Assembly (NCBI RefSeq): GCF_004010195.1
Contig: NC_057756.1
Span: forward strand, 2,482,776 to 2,546,775
Reading direction: 5' to 3'
Source of the DNA: Chiloscyllium plagiosum
Lineage: Eukaryota
Length of the DNA: 64,000 nucleotides
Both the position numbers and the translations under genes were made by a program. The notes beneath the pieces were generated by a model. The model worked only from the letters and a program-made list of their open reading frames with translations, was not told where the DNA came from and made no database searches. Shown here piece after piece: positions 1 to 13,619 of this stretch (positions are counted from its first letter, which is position 1; the number at the start of each line of letters is the position of its first letter).

Positions 1-80
<80 letters not shown>

Positions 81-287
81 CAGATAGTTAGATAGATAGA
101 TAGATAGATAGATTCATGATAATTAGATAAATAGATTGAGATAGATAGAGAGTGAGCGATAGAAAGATGGATGGATTGATTGATTCTATAGATCGGCAGA
201 CAGACAGTTAGATAGATAGAAATGGTAGACAGATAGATATTTGAGATGAGTAGACTGGTAGCTGGAGAGAAAGATAGATTGATATGT

Positions 288-352
<65 letters not shown>
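1..352. repeat. (TAGA)n microsatellite with a degenerate middle
   Basis: Long tagatagata tracts at 1-112 and about 292-352. Confidence 0.97.
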
Positions 353-353
<1 letters not shown>

Positions 354-1093
354 GTATCTATCGATCAATCGATCGATCGAGCTCAGTGAATCAATCGACA
401 TGGAATGAGCGGAAATCTGCATGATCGTGAGCAAGAGTGTCTTATATTCTAACGTGAATATTCTGATAAAGAATTTACGAAAAAATTCTCAGAACGATAA
501 CCACAATAACAGTATTCTCAAAGCCATAAAACCAACAATTCATATTTTCCACAATTAATTCATTTTAATTCACTATTGTTGTGCCCTTCCTGTCAAAACG
601 AATGCAAAAGAAATGTGCATTGTATAATTTTCATATTTGTTTGATGCTACGTAATGCAACTAAAGCAAAACTTGGCAGCGAAGTTGAACAATTTGAAATT
701 CTGAAGAAGATTCAGTGAAGTCGCAATGTCGCTCACGTCAGAAAACCTGCCATGCTTCCTATGTTTCTCATACAATTTCCTTTTTTATTTTACACGTTCA
801 ACAGTGATTGATGTTCTGGTATCAGTAAATGAGGTTTTTTGACATTTATGGTTTTAAAAGTTCAAAAACATCTAAATGATAAATATGGACTTGGTCAATA
901 TCTTATCATAAATGATCAACAATGAAAATCATGAATTAATCTGTAGAGGTAAAAGGAAATAAAAAATTTAACAATGGTACATTTCCCAAATAGTACCAGC
1001 TTGCATGGTCTGTTGTCAACATATTTTGACTCAAAGAGAGAAAATAAAAAAGGCAGATGCCACCGTTTGTTTTACGTTCATTGTTTTCATTAG

Positions 1094-1120
1094 ATTATTC
1101 AATAAATCATGATCTATTAG
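1094..1120 (+). CDS. Candidate 27-nt phase-1 micro-exon (DYSINHDLL) of the heptad-exon gene
   Basis: Acceptor cattgttttcattAG, weak donor GTTTGA, open in phase 1. The following intron is 649 nt, the same length as 52669-53317. Confidence 0.35.
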
Positions 1121-1769
1121 GTTTGACATTCTTGGGGTAGGGGCAAGAATATTAATTTACACGGTGTGTTGTTCTGCTGTTGTGGCAATATAACAATATG
1201 GCATGAACCGTTGAAAAAATGAAACCAGCAGGTTATTTCGAAGTGGAAAACATTTCACTCTGTTCATGCAGATGCAAAGGCATTCTTCCTGTTTTATTGC
1301 AATGGAACAGAATCTGCCATAGCTGCAAAATGGATCATTTCCACGTCAAATCAAACCAAACCAAAAGCGGCAGGTTCAGATTCAACGCCCATACTACATC
1401 TATGAATTTAAGAATGATCTCTCCTCTGATAGGGATCGAGAGGAGATTGGTGGGATGGGCGGGAAGTTATGGAAAAAACGGAAGAGGCACCGAGAGGGCT
1501 AGAGCAGGAGTGAGGGGGGAGGTGAGTGCGCAACAGACAGAAAGATTGTGAGGGAGAGGTGAAATCAGAGACGCAGAAATCCAGACAGTTAACGTAAATC
1601 AAACACTGCCATTTTGAATTTCGTGATGTGCAAATTCTGCAAGTCAGTAAAGATGACCTTTCCTCATACACTTGCTTACGAAATTTCTCTTGACCACCAC
1701 AGAACTTTCATAACAATAATTATGATACATAAAATATCCATAACTTTAAAATTGTATTTTGTCTTGTAG

Positions 1770-1790
1770 AATTGAAGATGACTAAACAAG
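1770..1790 (+). CDS. 21-nt heptad micro-exon (ELKMTKQ)
   Basis: ttttgtcttgtAG|aattgaagatgactaaacaag|GTctgt; phase 1 at both ends. Confidence 0.6.
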
Positions 1791-2163
1791 GTCTGTGCTG
1801 TGAAATGTGACATCAAAAGACAAAGAAGGGGGATTAGCATTTTGTCGCCAATAACCATATGATACTGGAAAATATTTATTAAAGATTGGCCAGTTACTGC
1901 ACATTTGCTCTTTATTTATCGGAGATTATTGTAAGCATTTGACAAATAAGTTGTCTCACAGGAAGCAGAGGTAATCTACCAATTCTGTTGTGCCTCTTGA
2001 TGATTGTATACATTGAAAAAAAAAGAAATAATTCGTTCTTCACTTGGTATGTCTATTACTGTGTTTGTTTATTTTTTCAATGATATTGTTGACACATGTA
2101 AACTTTTCTTCGACATCTCGATATCTCAGCCACAGTTTAATTCTAGCCTATTCTGCCCAGCAG

Positions 2164-2184
2164 CTTTTCTGCAGCAACAAGCAG
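2164..2184 (+). CDS. 21-nt heptad micro-exon (AFLQQQA); NAGNAG acceptor also allows 24 nt from 2161
   Basis: ttctgcccAGcAG|cttttctgcagcaacaagcag|GTatgg; paralogous to the other xxxxxQA exons. Confidence 0.7.
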
Positions 2185-2959
2185 GTATGGTCTGGTTCTA
2201 ATCAGTTCAATTCCTCACATGATTGTTTTCGTGTGATGATGATTTCAAGACCCTACGAAATGATCATTTCATTTCGTTTTTACGAGGACTATGGATTTTA
2301 AAAAAAAAAAACAAGATGAAGCATTCTATTCCCTAATACCTCAGGCAGCTATGTTGGTTTATTCTGCATGTCAATGAATCACAATAAAGTGTCTACGACG
2401 TTTATAACGATGCTGACTATGAAATAGATCGAGAATAGTTCTTGGAAGAAAACTTTATACGTGGCTGTAAATTAAAATAGTTATATTGAAAAGATGTTCA
2501 ATTCATTTAATAATTCAATGCAATATTATACATTTCCTAATAGTGGAAACATCGGAGTGCTTGGTGAGAGATGTGCAAGAGTGGACAACACGAGAGTGCA
2601 AGACAAGGATAGAGGTAAAGGGCGAGGGAGAGAGACGGAGGCAGAATGATAACTTAGCACAGAAAATGAGAGGCATACAGACAGAAAGACAAACAGTAGA
2701 ACGAGATGAATTCACGATCGGTTAATGCCGTACAAATGCAGTTCTGCTCGACTTATTGCTGCATCATGTGTTCGACTGAAGAATCAGCATTGTTTCATGT
2801 TGAACAACATTTGGAGGAAGTAAAGCGGTCAGCAAGGGAAGGAAAAATGTTCTCTCGTTTGAGGGCATCAACTTCCAACATCAAAGGTAGAATGGAGCAG
2901 TAGTATATATCTATCTGTTCTGGTGAGAAAGCACATAGCTGCAAGCCGGTTTCGGTGGA

Positions 2960-5355
2960 ATAGTTTGATGGAACCGTTAAGAGGGGAAGAAAGAGTGAAA
3001 TTAATAGGGTGGTTGTTATGGGGGACTTTAACTTTTCAGATATTGACTGGGAAAGCTATAGCTCGAGTTCGTTAGATGGGTTGGTTTTTGTCCAATGTGT
3101 GCAGGAGGGTTTCCTGAAACAATATGTAGACAGGCCAACAAGTAATGAGGCCATTCTGGATTTGGTTCTGGGTAACGAACCAAGCCAGGTGTTAGAATTG
3201 GAGGTAGGTGGGCACTTTGGGGACAGTGATCTCAATTCGATGACTTTTACTCTAGTGATGGAGAGGGATAAGTGTGCACTGCAAGGCAAGAGTTATAGCT
3301 GAGGGCAGGCAAATTATGATGCGGTGAGGCACGACTTAGGATGTGTGGCTTGGAAAAGTAGGCTTCAAGGGAAGGGCGCAATTGATATGTGGAGCTTGTT
3401 CAAGGAGCAACTACTGAGTGTCCTTGATACGTATGTACCTGTCAGACAGGGAGGAAAAGGTCGTGTGAGGGAGCCGTGGTTTAATAAGGAATTGGAATCC
3501 CTTGTTAAAGGGAATAGGGCAGCCTATGTAAAGATGACGCGTGAAGGTTAAATTGGGGCGCTTGAGAGTTACAAGGTAGCCAGGATGGATCTGAAGAGAG
3601 AGCTTAGAGCAGCAAGGAGGGGACATGAAAAGTCCTTAGTTGGTAGGATTAGGGAAAACCCGAAGGCTTTCTATAGGTATGTCAGGAATAAGGGTAGGAA
3701 TAGGTTCAGTCAAGGATAGTAGTGGGAAGTTGCGTGTGGAGGCTGAAGAGTTTGGGGAGACACTGAATGAATTCTTTTCATCAGTATTCACTCAGGAACA
3801 GGACATTGTTGCCGATGTGAATACTGAGTCACAATTAATTAGAATGGATGGCTTTGAGGTATGTCGGGAAGAGATGTTGGAAATTCTGGAAAGGGTGAAA
3901 ATAGATAAGTCCCCTGGGCCTGATGGCATTTATCCTACGATTCTCTGGGAAGCAAGGGAGGAGTTGCAGAGCCATTGGCCTTGATTTTTATATCCTCGTT
4001 GTCTACAGGAATAGTACCAGAAGACTGGAGGATAGCAAATGTGGTTCCCTTGTTCAAGAAGGGGAGTAGGGATAACCCTAGTAACTATAGGCCGGTGAGT
4101 CTCACTTCTGTTGTGGGCAAAGTCTTAGAGAGAATTGTAAGGGATAGGATTTATGAACATCTGGATAGGAATAATATGATCAAGGATAGTCAGCATGGTC
4201 TTGTGAAGGGCATGTCGTACCTCACAAACCTTATTGAATTCTTTGAGAACGAGGGTGGTGGACGAGGGTAAAGCGGTAGATGTCGTGTATATGGATATTA
4301 GTAAGGCGTTTGATAAGGTTCCCCATGGTAAGCTACTGCAAAAAATACGGAGGTATGGCATTGAGGGTGAGTTGGAGGTTTGGATTAGGAATTGGCTGGC
4401 TGGAAGAAGACAGATAGTAGTTGATGGCAAAGTTTCTTCATGGAGTGCCGTCACTAGCGTTGCAGATGATACGAAAGTCAGTGGAGTTGTTGACAGTGAG
4501 GAAGGATGTGGCAGGTTTCAGCGGGATCTAGATAAGCTGCATAGCTGGGCAGAGAGGTGGCAAATGGAGTTCAATGTAGGTAAGTGTTAAGTGATTCACT
4601 TTGGTAAGAGTAACAAGAAGATGGGGTACTGGGCTAATGGTCGGATCCTTGGTAGTGTGGATGAGCAGAGGGATCTTGGTGTCCATGTACACAGGTCTTT
4701 GAAAGTTGCCACCCAGGTAAATAGTGCTGTGAAGAAGCCATATGGCGTACTGGCTTTTATTGGTAGAGGAATTGAGTTCCAGAGTCTTGAGGTCATGTTG
4801 CAATTGTATAAGACTCTGGTGCGGCCGCATCTGGAGTATTGTGTGCAGTGTTGGTCGCCATACTATAGGAAGGATGTGGAGGCACTGGAACGGGTACAGT
4901 GGAGGTTTACAAGGATGTTGCCTGGTATGGTAGGAAGATCGTATGAGGAAAGGCTGAGGCACTTGGGGCTGTTTTCATTGGAGAAAAGAAGGTTTAGGGG
5001 TGACTTGATAGAGGTGTACAAGATGATTAGGGGTTTAGATAGGGTTGACCATGAGAACCTTTTTCCACATATGGAGTCAGCTATTACGAGGGGGCATAGC
5101 TTTAAATTAAGGGGTGGTAGGCATAGGACAGATATTAGGGGTAGATTATTTCCTCAGCGAGTCGTGAGTTCATGGAATGCCCTGCCAGTAGCAGTGGTGG
5201 ACTCTCCCTCTTTATGGGCATTTAAACGGGCATTGGATAGGCATATGGAGGATAGTGGGCTAATGTAGGTTAGGTGGGCTTGGATAGGCGCAATATCGAG
5301 GGCCAAAGGGCATGTACTGCGGTGTATTTTTTCTATGCTCTATTTCTATGTTCTA
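2960..5355 (+). mobile_element. 5'-truncated CR1 LINE (endonuclease end, RT, 3' UTR), frameshifted
   Basis: ORF fragments MGDFNF, ILDLVL, KSPGPDGIYP, NYRPVSLTS, KAFDKVPH, ADDTK, RPHLEYCVQ; (TCTATGT)-like tail near 5332-5355. Confidence 0.93.
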
Positions 5356-5859
5356 ATGCATGCTTCACATCATTCTTACTATTCCTCCGGCAGCAGATAC
5401 ATCTGTTGTTGGCACGATCTTTTAAGAGCAAAATTTCATAGTTCTTGTCTTTCTTTCACTTTGCGATTACCCTCCAACTTATTGTGTTGCACTACCACCA
5501 CGTGAATAAAACAAGCAACCCAAAACTGGAATTGTATGGGGCGTTGTGCAGCAACAGAAATAGAAGTCATTAAAATCTGCAAGCTCTTTCTCTGGAATCT
5601 TCCCCAAACAACCATTTCTATTAAGCGAGCCATTCAAAATTGGTTAAAGGGAGTGTTCAAAGGTACATGAAGCAGCATCACACATAACTAAAAATGAGAT
5701 TAAGATGGTGAAGTTCCCAAACAGCACGATTTGCATGCCAAACAGGATAAGCAACAACTGATACGTGGAGCAAAATAATCCCAGAACTAACTGCTTACAT
5801 ATAAATTCTGCAGCCCCTTCAAATCCACTTGTGTATTAAAGTGAACAATTATTTAACTC

Positions 5860-6200
5860 ACGGCAGGGGGAGTCTCAACAAATATACCCAACCTCAGTGA
5901 TAGAAGAGCTAAGAACTTCAATGCCAAACATCAGGTTAAAGAACTTGCAAATCAGCTAAATTGGCCAAGTGGATGATACCTCTCGGATTCGCCATTCTGC
6001 TGGCACCAGAACTACCAGTCTTCATGAAACTCATTTTGAGTTAAAGAACTGAATACTGCAAAGTCTATGGGGCATGAAAGCACGGCGGCGCATGGACTTC
6101 AGCTTTGGTCACCAGAACGTACCACTCTCTCAGCCAAGGTGTTCCAATACAGTCACAACTCTGCATTTTCGTTGAAATGTGGAAAATTACCAAGAATGTA
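5860..6200 (+). mobile_element. Old degraded LINE fragment (upstream half of an element interrupted by CR1)
   Basis: Resembles a common shark LINE ORF2 segment and appears to continue after 10530. Recognised by pattern only. Confidence 0.45.
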
Positions 6201-6229
6201 TTTAAACATGAAAAGAAGTAAACAAAGCC

Positions 6230-9200
6230 CACCACAGAATATAGAACGTTACAGCGCAGTACAGCCCTTTTGGCTTTCGATGTTGTGCTGTTCTGCGAGA
6301 CCAATCTCAAGCCCATTTTACCCTCAATTTTCCATTCACCTATCCAATGGCTATTAAATACCCGTAAATTTGGCGAGTCTACAACTGTTGCATGCAGAGC
6401 GTTCCACGCCCCTCTACTATTTGAGTAAGGAAACTACCACTAACATCTGTCCTTCATCCATCACCCTCAATTAGACGCTATGCCACCTGGTGCTAGTGAT
6501 CACCATCCTAGGAAACAGCTCTCACTGTCTACGGAACTGACAATCTGATGACCTGTTATGTTTCAGTTAAGTCACCTCTCAACCTCCTTCTCTGAAAAGG
6601 AAACAAACTCAAGTCCTAAAACCTTTCCTCGTAAAACCTTCCATCCAAAACAGACAACATCCTGGTAAACCTCCTCTGAACCCTTTCAGAACGTTTCACA
6701 GCCTTCCAAAAATGCAGTGGTCAGAACTGCATGCAATAGTCCAAGTGTTGTCGGACCAATGTTGTGTACAGCTGCAGCATGACCTCAAGGTTCCGAAGCA
6801 AGATCCCTCTACTAATAAAAGCTATGCCTTCTTAACAGCCATACCAACCTTGGTGGCAATTTTGAGGGATCTGTGTACATGAACACTGAGATCTCTCTGC
6901 TCATCTACACTGCCACGAATCTTACCAGTAGCCCAGTAATCTGCATTCATATCATTCCTTACAAATTGAATCATCTCACACATCTGCATTCAAATCCATT
7001 TGCCACCCCTCAGCTCAGCTTTGTAAATTATCTATGTCCCTCTGTAACATACAAAATCCGTTGGCACTATCCACAACTGTAATGACCTTAGTATTGTCTG
7101 CAAATTTACCAACCCATCCTTCAACTTCCTCATGTAGATTGTTTATGAAAATGACAAACAGTAGTGAAATGAAGGCAGTTCCTTGCGGTACAGCACTAAT
7201 AACTAAACTCGAAGATGAACATGTCCCATCATCAACCACCCCCTGCCTTCTTTCAGCTAGCCAGTTTCCGATCCAAACCGCTAAATCGCCTTCAATCACA
7301 TGTTTCCGCATTTGTGCAGTAATCTATCTTGGGGAAATTTATTAATGCCATATATATCAGATCACCGGCTTTACCCTCGTCCATCTGTTTGGTCAACTTC
7401 TCAATGAGCTCATTAAGTTTTGTGAAGCACTATCTACCGTCACAAAACTGCGTTCAATATCCCGAATGAACTTATTCCTATCAAGATGATTATAAATTCT
7501 ATATCTTATTATTTTTTCCATTACTTTACTCACAACTGAAGTAAGTCTCACTTGTCTATAGATACCAGGATTGTCTCTACCCCGCTTCTTGAATTAGGGA
7601 ACAGTATTTGCTGTCCTTCAATCTTCTGGCACTACTCCTGTCGCATTGTCTCAATAAAGATCAAAACGAAAGGGTTGGAAGCTTCATCGCTGGCTTTCCA
7701 GAAAATCGGTGGATAAATCCCATCCAACCAAGGGGATGTATCTATGTTCAAACCTTCCAAAGTTTCCACCAGCTCCTTCTTGAGAGCCTCAATCCTATCG
7801 AGTCTAGTAGCCTGTTTCTTACTATACTTCTAAATATCAATGTATTTTTGGAGCGTGAATACTGACGAAAAATATTTATTTAGCACCTCCCCTACCTCCT
7901 TTGACTCCACGCACTGCTTCCTACTACTGTGTTTGATTGGCCCTTATCTTACTCTCGTCATTCTTTTATCCCTTACTTACCTATAGATAGCTTTAAGGAT
8001 TTCCCTGATCCTATCAACCACAAATTTATCATATCCCTCCTCCCTCATTTTAGCTCTCTCTTTAGGTCTTTCCTGGCTACATTTTAACCTCACAATCGCC
8101 CGAACTGAGTCTTCACATCTCATCCTAACATAAGCTTTCATCTGCATCCTCACAAGAGATTCAAATTGCTTTGTAAACCACGGTCCTGTGCGTGACAGAG
8201 TCCTCCCTTTCTGACAGCTGCATACTCATCAAGGAGACACTGTATCTGGTTCTTGAATAAGCTCCACTTTTCTCTTGAGCCCACCCCTGCAGTTTCCTTC
8301 CTAATCATATTCATCCTAAATTTTGTCTAGTTTCATCGTAATTTCCTTTCCCCCAGCTACAGATCTTGACCTCAGATGTATTCTTTCCCTTTCCATTGCT
8401 AAAGTAAACATAAATGTAAACATAAACACCAAAGTGCTTACCTACTTCCAAATCTAACACCTGACCGGGTTCATTACTCAGTACCAAATCGAACGTGTCC
8501 TGGATCCTTATTTGTCTGTCCACATATTGTGTCATGAAACCCTCCTTACCAATCTAAGTTATTGACCTATCGAAGTCCCCGTCAAAAATATGGTACGGGC
8601 AAAGCGCAGCAGATCAGGCAGCATCCAAAGAACAGGCAAATCACTGTATCGAGTAAAAAGCAAAAGCCCTTCACCACTCTCTCGACTCTAAACTCCAATA
8701 TTTGTAGTCCTCACTGTCGCCTATTATATTCACAGTCAATATTTGGAAAGTTAAAGACCCCATAACAAGGACATTTTAATCTGGCTCATACTGAGAATCA
8801 TCTTTCATATCCTTTCCTGTCTCGGGAACGATTCGGAGGACTGTAGAAAGTAAACAATATCCTTTCCTGTTTCTAATTTCAGTTCAGTTGACGAGTCCTC
8901 AAACGTCCTTTCTGGAGATGCAATACTGTCCTTGGCTAACAATGCAACACCACACCACTTTCAACATCTTCTCTATCTTACTGAAACCTTTATATTCTGG
9001 AACGTATTACAACAATTCGTGACCGTTCTCTCCGCATATTTCTGAAATGGCCACAACTTCAAATTCCCAGGTAAACACCCTTGCTACAAGTCCACCCACC
9101 TTATTCTGGATGATCCTGGAGTTGAAATGGACAGCCGTTGAAACAATTTCTTGCTTGCTGGTGCCATCTTACAACCCTGAAATATTAGTTCGGGCCACAC

Positions 9201-10520
9201 TGTTGTTAGCCTCCTCCATAACCAAACGACAATTTAGGTTCACATCTCCCAGATGATTTAGTATAAACTGATCGGAGAGCATTAGCAAATCCTCCCAACA
9301 TGACCCAGTATATTGGAAACCCACTCGTTCAGGTAACCAAAATCCTGTTTGCATTGGTGCCACCTACTCAAGAAAGACACCCGATTATCCATGCATCCAA
9401 ATCCCTCCTTCCTGAAGCATACCTGTAGCCAAGTGTTCACGTCCTCTATTTCCGTAATCCTCGCCTAGCCAGCACGTGGCACAGGCAACAAATCAGTGAT
9501 AAAAACTCTGTTTGTTCTAGGTCTAAGATTCCACCCTAGCTCGCTGAATTTCTGCCTTAAATCTCCATCTCTCTTCATACATATGTCATTGCTACCTAAA
9601 TGGACCACGACTTGGAGCTGCTCCCGCTCCCCCTCTAGGATGCTGAAAACACAATCTGAGACATCACAAATCATGGCATGCGGGAGGCAACACCCCAACC
9701 ATGCGTCTGCCTCGATCTCACAGAATCTACTTTCTGTTCCCCTGATTATGGAGTTCCCAATGATGAATGTCCTGCTCCTATTCTCCCTTCTCTTCTGAGC
9801 AACAGGGACAGGCTCTGTGCCAGAGAAGTGCGCCTGATTGCTTACCCCGGGTAACGCGTCTCATCCAGCAGTACCCAAAATTGTATCCTTGCTATTGAGA
9901 GGAACTGCCACAAGGGATATCTGCACAGCGTGGCGATTCACTTTCTATCCCTTGATGATAATCCATCTACCTTCTTCTTGTAGCTGCGGTATGATTACCT
10001 CCCTGTAACTCATTTAAATCACCTCCTCCACCTCCAGAATGTTCCAACGTTCATTGAGCTCCTGCTCCATTTCACTCACATGCTTTTCTGAGGAACTGAT
10101 GTTGGTACACTTCGAGCAGATGCAGTTAGCATGGATAATGGTGGTGACACTAATCTCCCACATTCTGCAGGAGGAACATTCAACTGCCATAACCTCTATT
10201 CCCACTATTCTAAATTCCCAAAGAGCCTACTGAAAACTAAAAGAAAGAGAAAGAACAATACGAGGCACCTTGTCAATCGCAGGCACAGAAACATTATTTT
10301 TTGTTTAGTGGAAGAGGATGGGTGGGAAACTCTACCCGAGTAGTGTTTAGGTTAAAGCAAAAGATCAAATGTGAAGCCTCACTTATCCAGCCTTCCCATG
10401 TCCGCTACTGCTCAGAATACGCTCTGCCTACACACGAGGTAATTTTCAAAAATCTACTCCGATCTTCCTGTCAGGCCCCTGCTCCTCGATTTCCCTCGAC
10501 CTACTGCTACTGCCACCAAG
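6230..10520 (-). mobile_element. Near full-length degraded CR1 LINE (ORF1 Cys-finger/SGNH esterase plus ORF2)
   Basis: Minus-strand ORFs with CSSCRMWE..CICSKC (10014-10205), VVVHLGSNDI (9465-9698), DLVLSNEPGQV (8311-8535) and VPQG..FADNTK (7015-7311); 3' tail near 6235. Confidence 0.9.
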
Positions 10521-10529
10521 CTTAGCCGC

Positions 10530-11860
10530 TCTTTGCTGTTCTCCCAATCACATTTTCCTTCATATACTCTTCATCACCATTCATGTGATGGGAAGGCTCA
10601 TCAGTAGTTATTATTATCAGCAAGGACTCAGCAATAAACTGCCCATTGAAGTGGAGTATCGGTTCCAGCAGGGTCTGTCAGCTCCTCACATCATTACAGC
10701 TTCTATTCAAATATGGAGAAAAATACCTGAACTCTAGAGTTATAGGGAGTGTTACAGCGGCTAAAGATCATGTCCACATTCAGCAAAGTGTGATATCAAG
10801 CATCCTAAGCAAAACTAGAATGGTTGTGAGAGCGTAAAATTTCAGTTGGATGAAGTAACATTGGAACATTGAAAGGTGGCAATGTTTGTTGAAAGTCAGT
10901 CATCTCAGCTCCAGAGAATCATGGGAGAGTTACTCAGAATATTGTCCCCGTGCTGACAATGGTCAGTTAATACATCAGTGACGTCCCGACTATCAAAATG
11001 CCAGATCTGGAAATGTTTTTGGAATATTACATACCATTCAGCACATTTCATGACACATTAGATTCTGAAGTTATCCATATTCAAATACCACAAGATCCCA
11101 ATCACATCCAGGCATGATGTGACAAGCAGAAAGTAACATTTGCACCCCACAAATATACGGCATTTCCAATAAGAGATTATCTGACCATTGCACTTGCTTT
11201 TCAATGACATTACCATCTCTGTATATACCAATATCGAAATGTTTGGAAGCAGCATTAAGCATTAATAAGAATCTCAGACATACTCGTTACGTAAAAACAT
11301 TGGCAACATGAAGATATCAGTGTCAAAGATTTCTGCAGTGCATCACTCAGGTTCTGACTTCCCAAAACATGTCAATTATCATCAAAGCACAGTTAGGAAG
11401 TAGATAAAGTATTGCCCATTTTGCCAAGATGTTTCAGCACCAGTAACAATCAAGAAGTTTGAAACCATCCAGAGAAAAGGATATGAGTTCATTGGCACCA
11501 CGTTCACAAGCATCCATTCCGTCCACCACAGACGCTCAGTAGCAACAGTGTGTCCTCCCTACAAGACGCGTTGGTAAGATTCAGCAAATTGAGCTGCTTG
11601 TCAGCTCATGCCTGGATAATGTTGCGATCTTGTGGTATTTAAACAGGGATTGCTTCAGAATCGATCTTGTCATGAATTGTCCTGAATGATATGTGATCTA
11701 ACACAATACCTCCAGAGAGACCTCTGTCTGGACGGTTCAGGCAGCTGACAAATGGGAACATGACTAGATGGAAGTTCTGAATCAAGACACTCAACATGCA
11801 GACTTGCAAAGATATCAACATTTATTACTGTCTCTGTGTCAAAACCTGGGAATTCGCTTC
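10530..11860 (+). mobile_element. Old degraded LINE, RT and 3' part
   Basis: Heavily decayed RT-like nucleotide motifs; no long ORF. Confidence 0.5.
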
Positions 11861-12233
11861 AGTTCAATGCGGTAGGTCGACACTTCTCTGTCTATGGGAT
11901 AAAACGAATGTACATTATATACTAAGCACGCAGAGATGGCTACATCATACTTTTCAATAAAAAAAATCTGAAATGTGTCAAATCAGAGAAAAATCGAATT
12001 ATTTAATTTGGTGCATTTAAAAAAATGTTAACTGCGTATGCAAACACTTTTAATTGATCAACTTGAGCATTTTATAAACTGTGACTCAATGTTATCCTTC
12101 AATTCTCAAATCAATTTCTAATGAAATATGCATATTTTGTTGGATAATGCAACTTCAGTTGTTAAACACAAGTCTATGTCTAGCATTAGTAAATGCCAGG
12201 ACACTCAAATATGCGTTATGTTCCACCCTGCAG

Positions 12234-12254
12234 ATCTTGCGAAGATGCAAGCTG
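12234..12254 (+). CDS. 21-nt heptad micro-exon (DLAKMQA)
   Basis: ttccaccctgcAG|atcttgcgaagatgcaagctg|GTaagg. Confidence 0.75.
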
Positions 12255-12870
12255 GTAAGGTCACTTTAAGAATGTGCATATTCCAATAGGATGCCAACAC
12301 TCCGAAGATCCATTGCCGCTAAATAAACAGATATGCATTATATTTATGTGCTGGTAAACTGTGTTCTGACCAAAAAGTGCCATGACATTGTGCATAAAAT
12401 AAATCATGATGTCCCGTGAAACCTTGATCAATTCATAAATTAGGGATCTATCCATGTTTTGAGAGGAATCAATTGAGAATTCAACAAAGCCGCACGACAA
12501 TGCGACAGAAAAAAAATACAAATAATGTTGCAACATGAATACTGAAATTGAGTAATGAAGAAACATAAATAAGAACGGACGTGAAGATTAATATAAAGAG
12601 CTATCTACATCAGAGCGGGAAAGAGATAGATATAGAGGCGACAATATGGGAGAGAAACTTGAAATGAAAGATCTGGTATCATTATGCATTCTGTGTTTTG
12701 CAATTAATAACTACAATTTATGCAAATCAGATGGGATGTTTGTTCCCAAAAGGCTGTTTGAACAAATAAAATTATTGAGACTTCTTAACTTACATCACTG
12801 AAATGCTAAATTTATTGGATCTATGCTATTCATATATGGTCTTTTTTTTTCTTTTTATTTTATGCTGCAG

Positions 12871-12891
12871 ACATGAAGAAAGCCAAAGAAC
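12871..12891 (+). CDS. 21-nt heptad micro-exon (DMKKAKE)
   Basis: Long T-tract then tgctgcAG|acatgaagaaagccaaagaac|GTgaga. Confidence 0.72.
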
Positions 12892-12954
12892 GTGAGAGCT
12901 GTTAAACATATGTCACAAAAAAACTGAATCAATATCTTTTGAAGAACAGCGACA

Positions 12955-13250
12955 GGGCCAGCACTGTGGCTCTGTGGTTAGCTTTACTGCCTTCGAGCAC
13001 ATGGAGATCGGGTTTGATTCAAGACTCCTGTAACTGCCTCCGTGAAATTTGCATATTTTCCAGTGTATGCGTGGGTTTGTACCCACCATGCCAAGACGTT
13101 CAAGTCGCCTCAATAGGTTATAGGAAACTTCCCGACTGTTGAGAGATGTATAGGCAAGGTACATCAATCAGGAGAAATGTGATGGCGTGTTACTATTTGA
13201 AGGGTTGGTTTGGTCCAGTTTGCACAAATGGACTGTTCCCACATTTGAGG
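12955..13250 (+). mobile_element. HE1-like tRNA-derived SINE, degraded
   Basis: A-box-like gtggctctgtggttagc, B-box-like ggtttgattc, then tttgcatattttccagtgtatgcgtgggttt body. Confidence 0.75.
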
Positions 13251-13598
13251 ATATCGATGCTTTCTGACAGTGAAGATTGCTTCTCAATATAAGGCAATTC
13301 CTTACTTTTAAAAGAAATTTGATAAAAGTTTATTAGTGGTCATAGACACTTACATAGTTGAACTGCTTATTATGAAACGGCCGGCTATGTGTGGGAGGGG
13401 GTTACCCGTTAGCAGAGAGTACCCTTGATGCTGTTTTTCACCGGAACGGAATTGTGCGAAAATTAAGTATGAGAAGCAATACAATTAATGCACAAAGCGT
13501 TTTGCCTATTTAAAATAGTATTGAATATTCGTGTTGGATTTCCTTCCTTCTGGATTTTGCAGCGACAATGTAATTCTGTTTTTTTTTTTGCAATTCAG

Positions 13599-13619
13599 AA
13601 TTTGCAAAAGAACAGGCAG
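13599..13619 (+). CDS. 21-nt heptad micro-exon ([Q/E]FAKEQA)
   Basis: T-tract then gcaattcAG|aatttgcaaaagaacaggcag|GTacgt. Confidence 0.75.

Noticed and set aside
186..434. ORF with YLSI repeats (also 34302-34743, 43906-44212, 56914-57253)
   Set aside because: Translations of microsatellites.
1962..1970. 9-nt AG/GT-bounded unit (gaagcagag)
   Set aside because: Short pyrimidine tract and no similarity to the heptad exons; expected by chance.
4591..5268. Longest real ORF (225 aa)
   Set aside because: C-terminus of a frameshifted CR1 ORF2, not a host gene.
12955..13030. tRNA-like A/B boxes (also 33434-33570)
   Set aside because: SINE heads; no cloverleaf or acceptor stem, so not tRNA genes.
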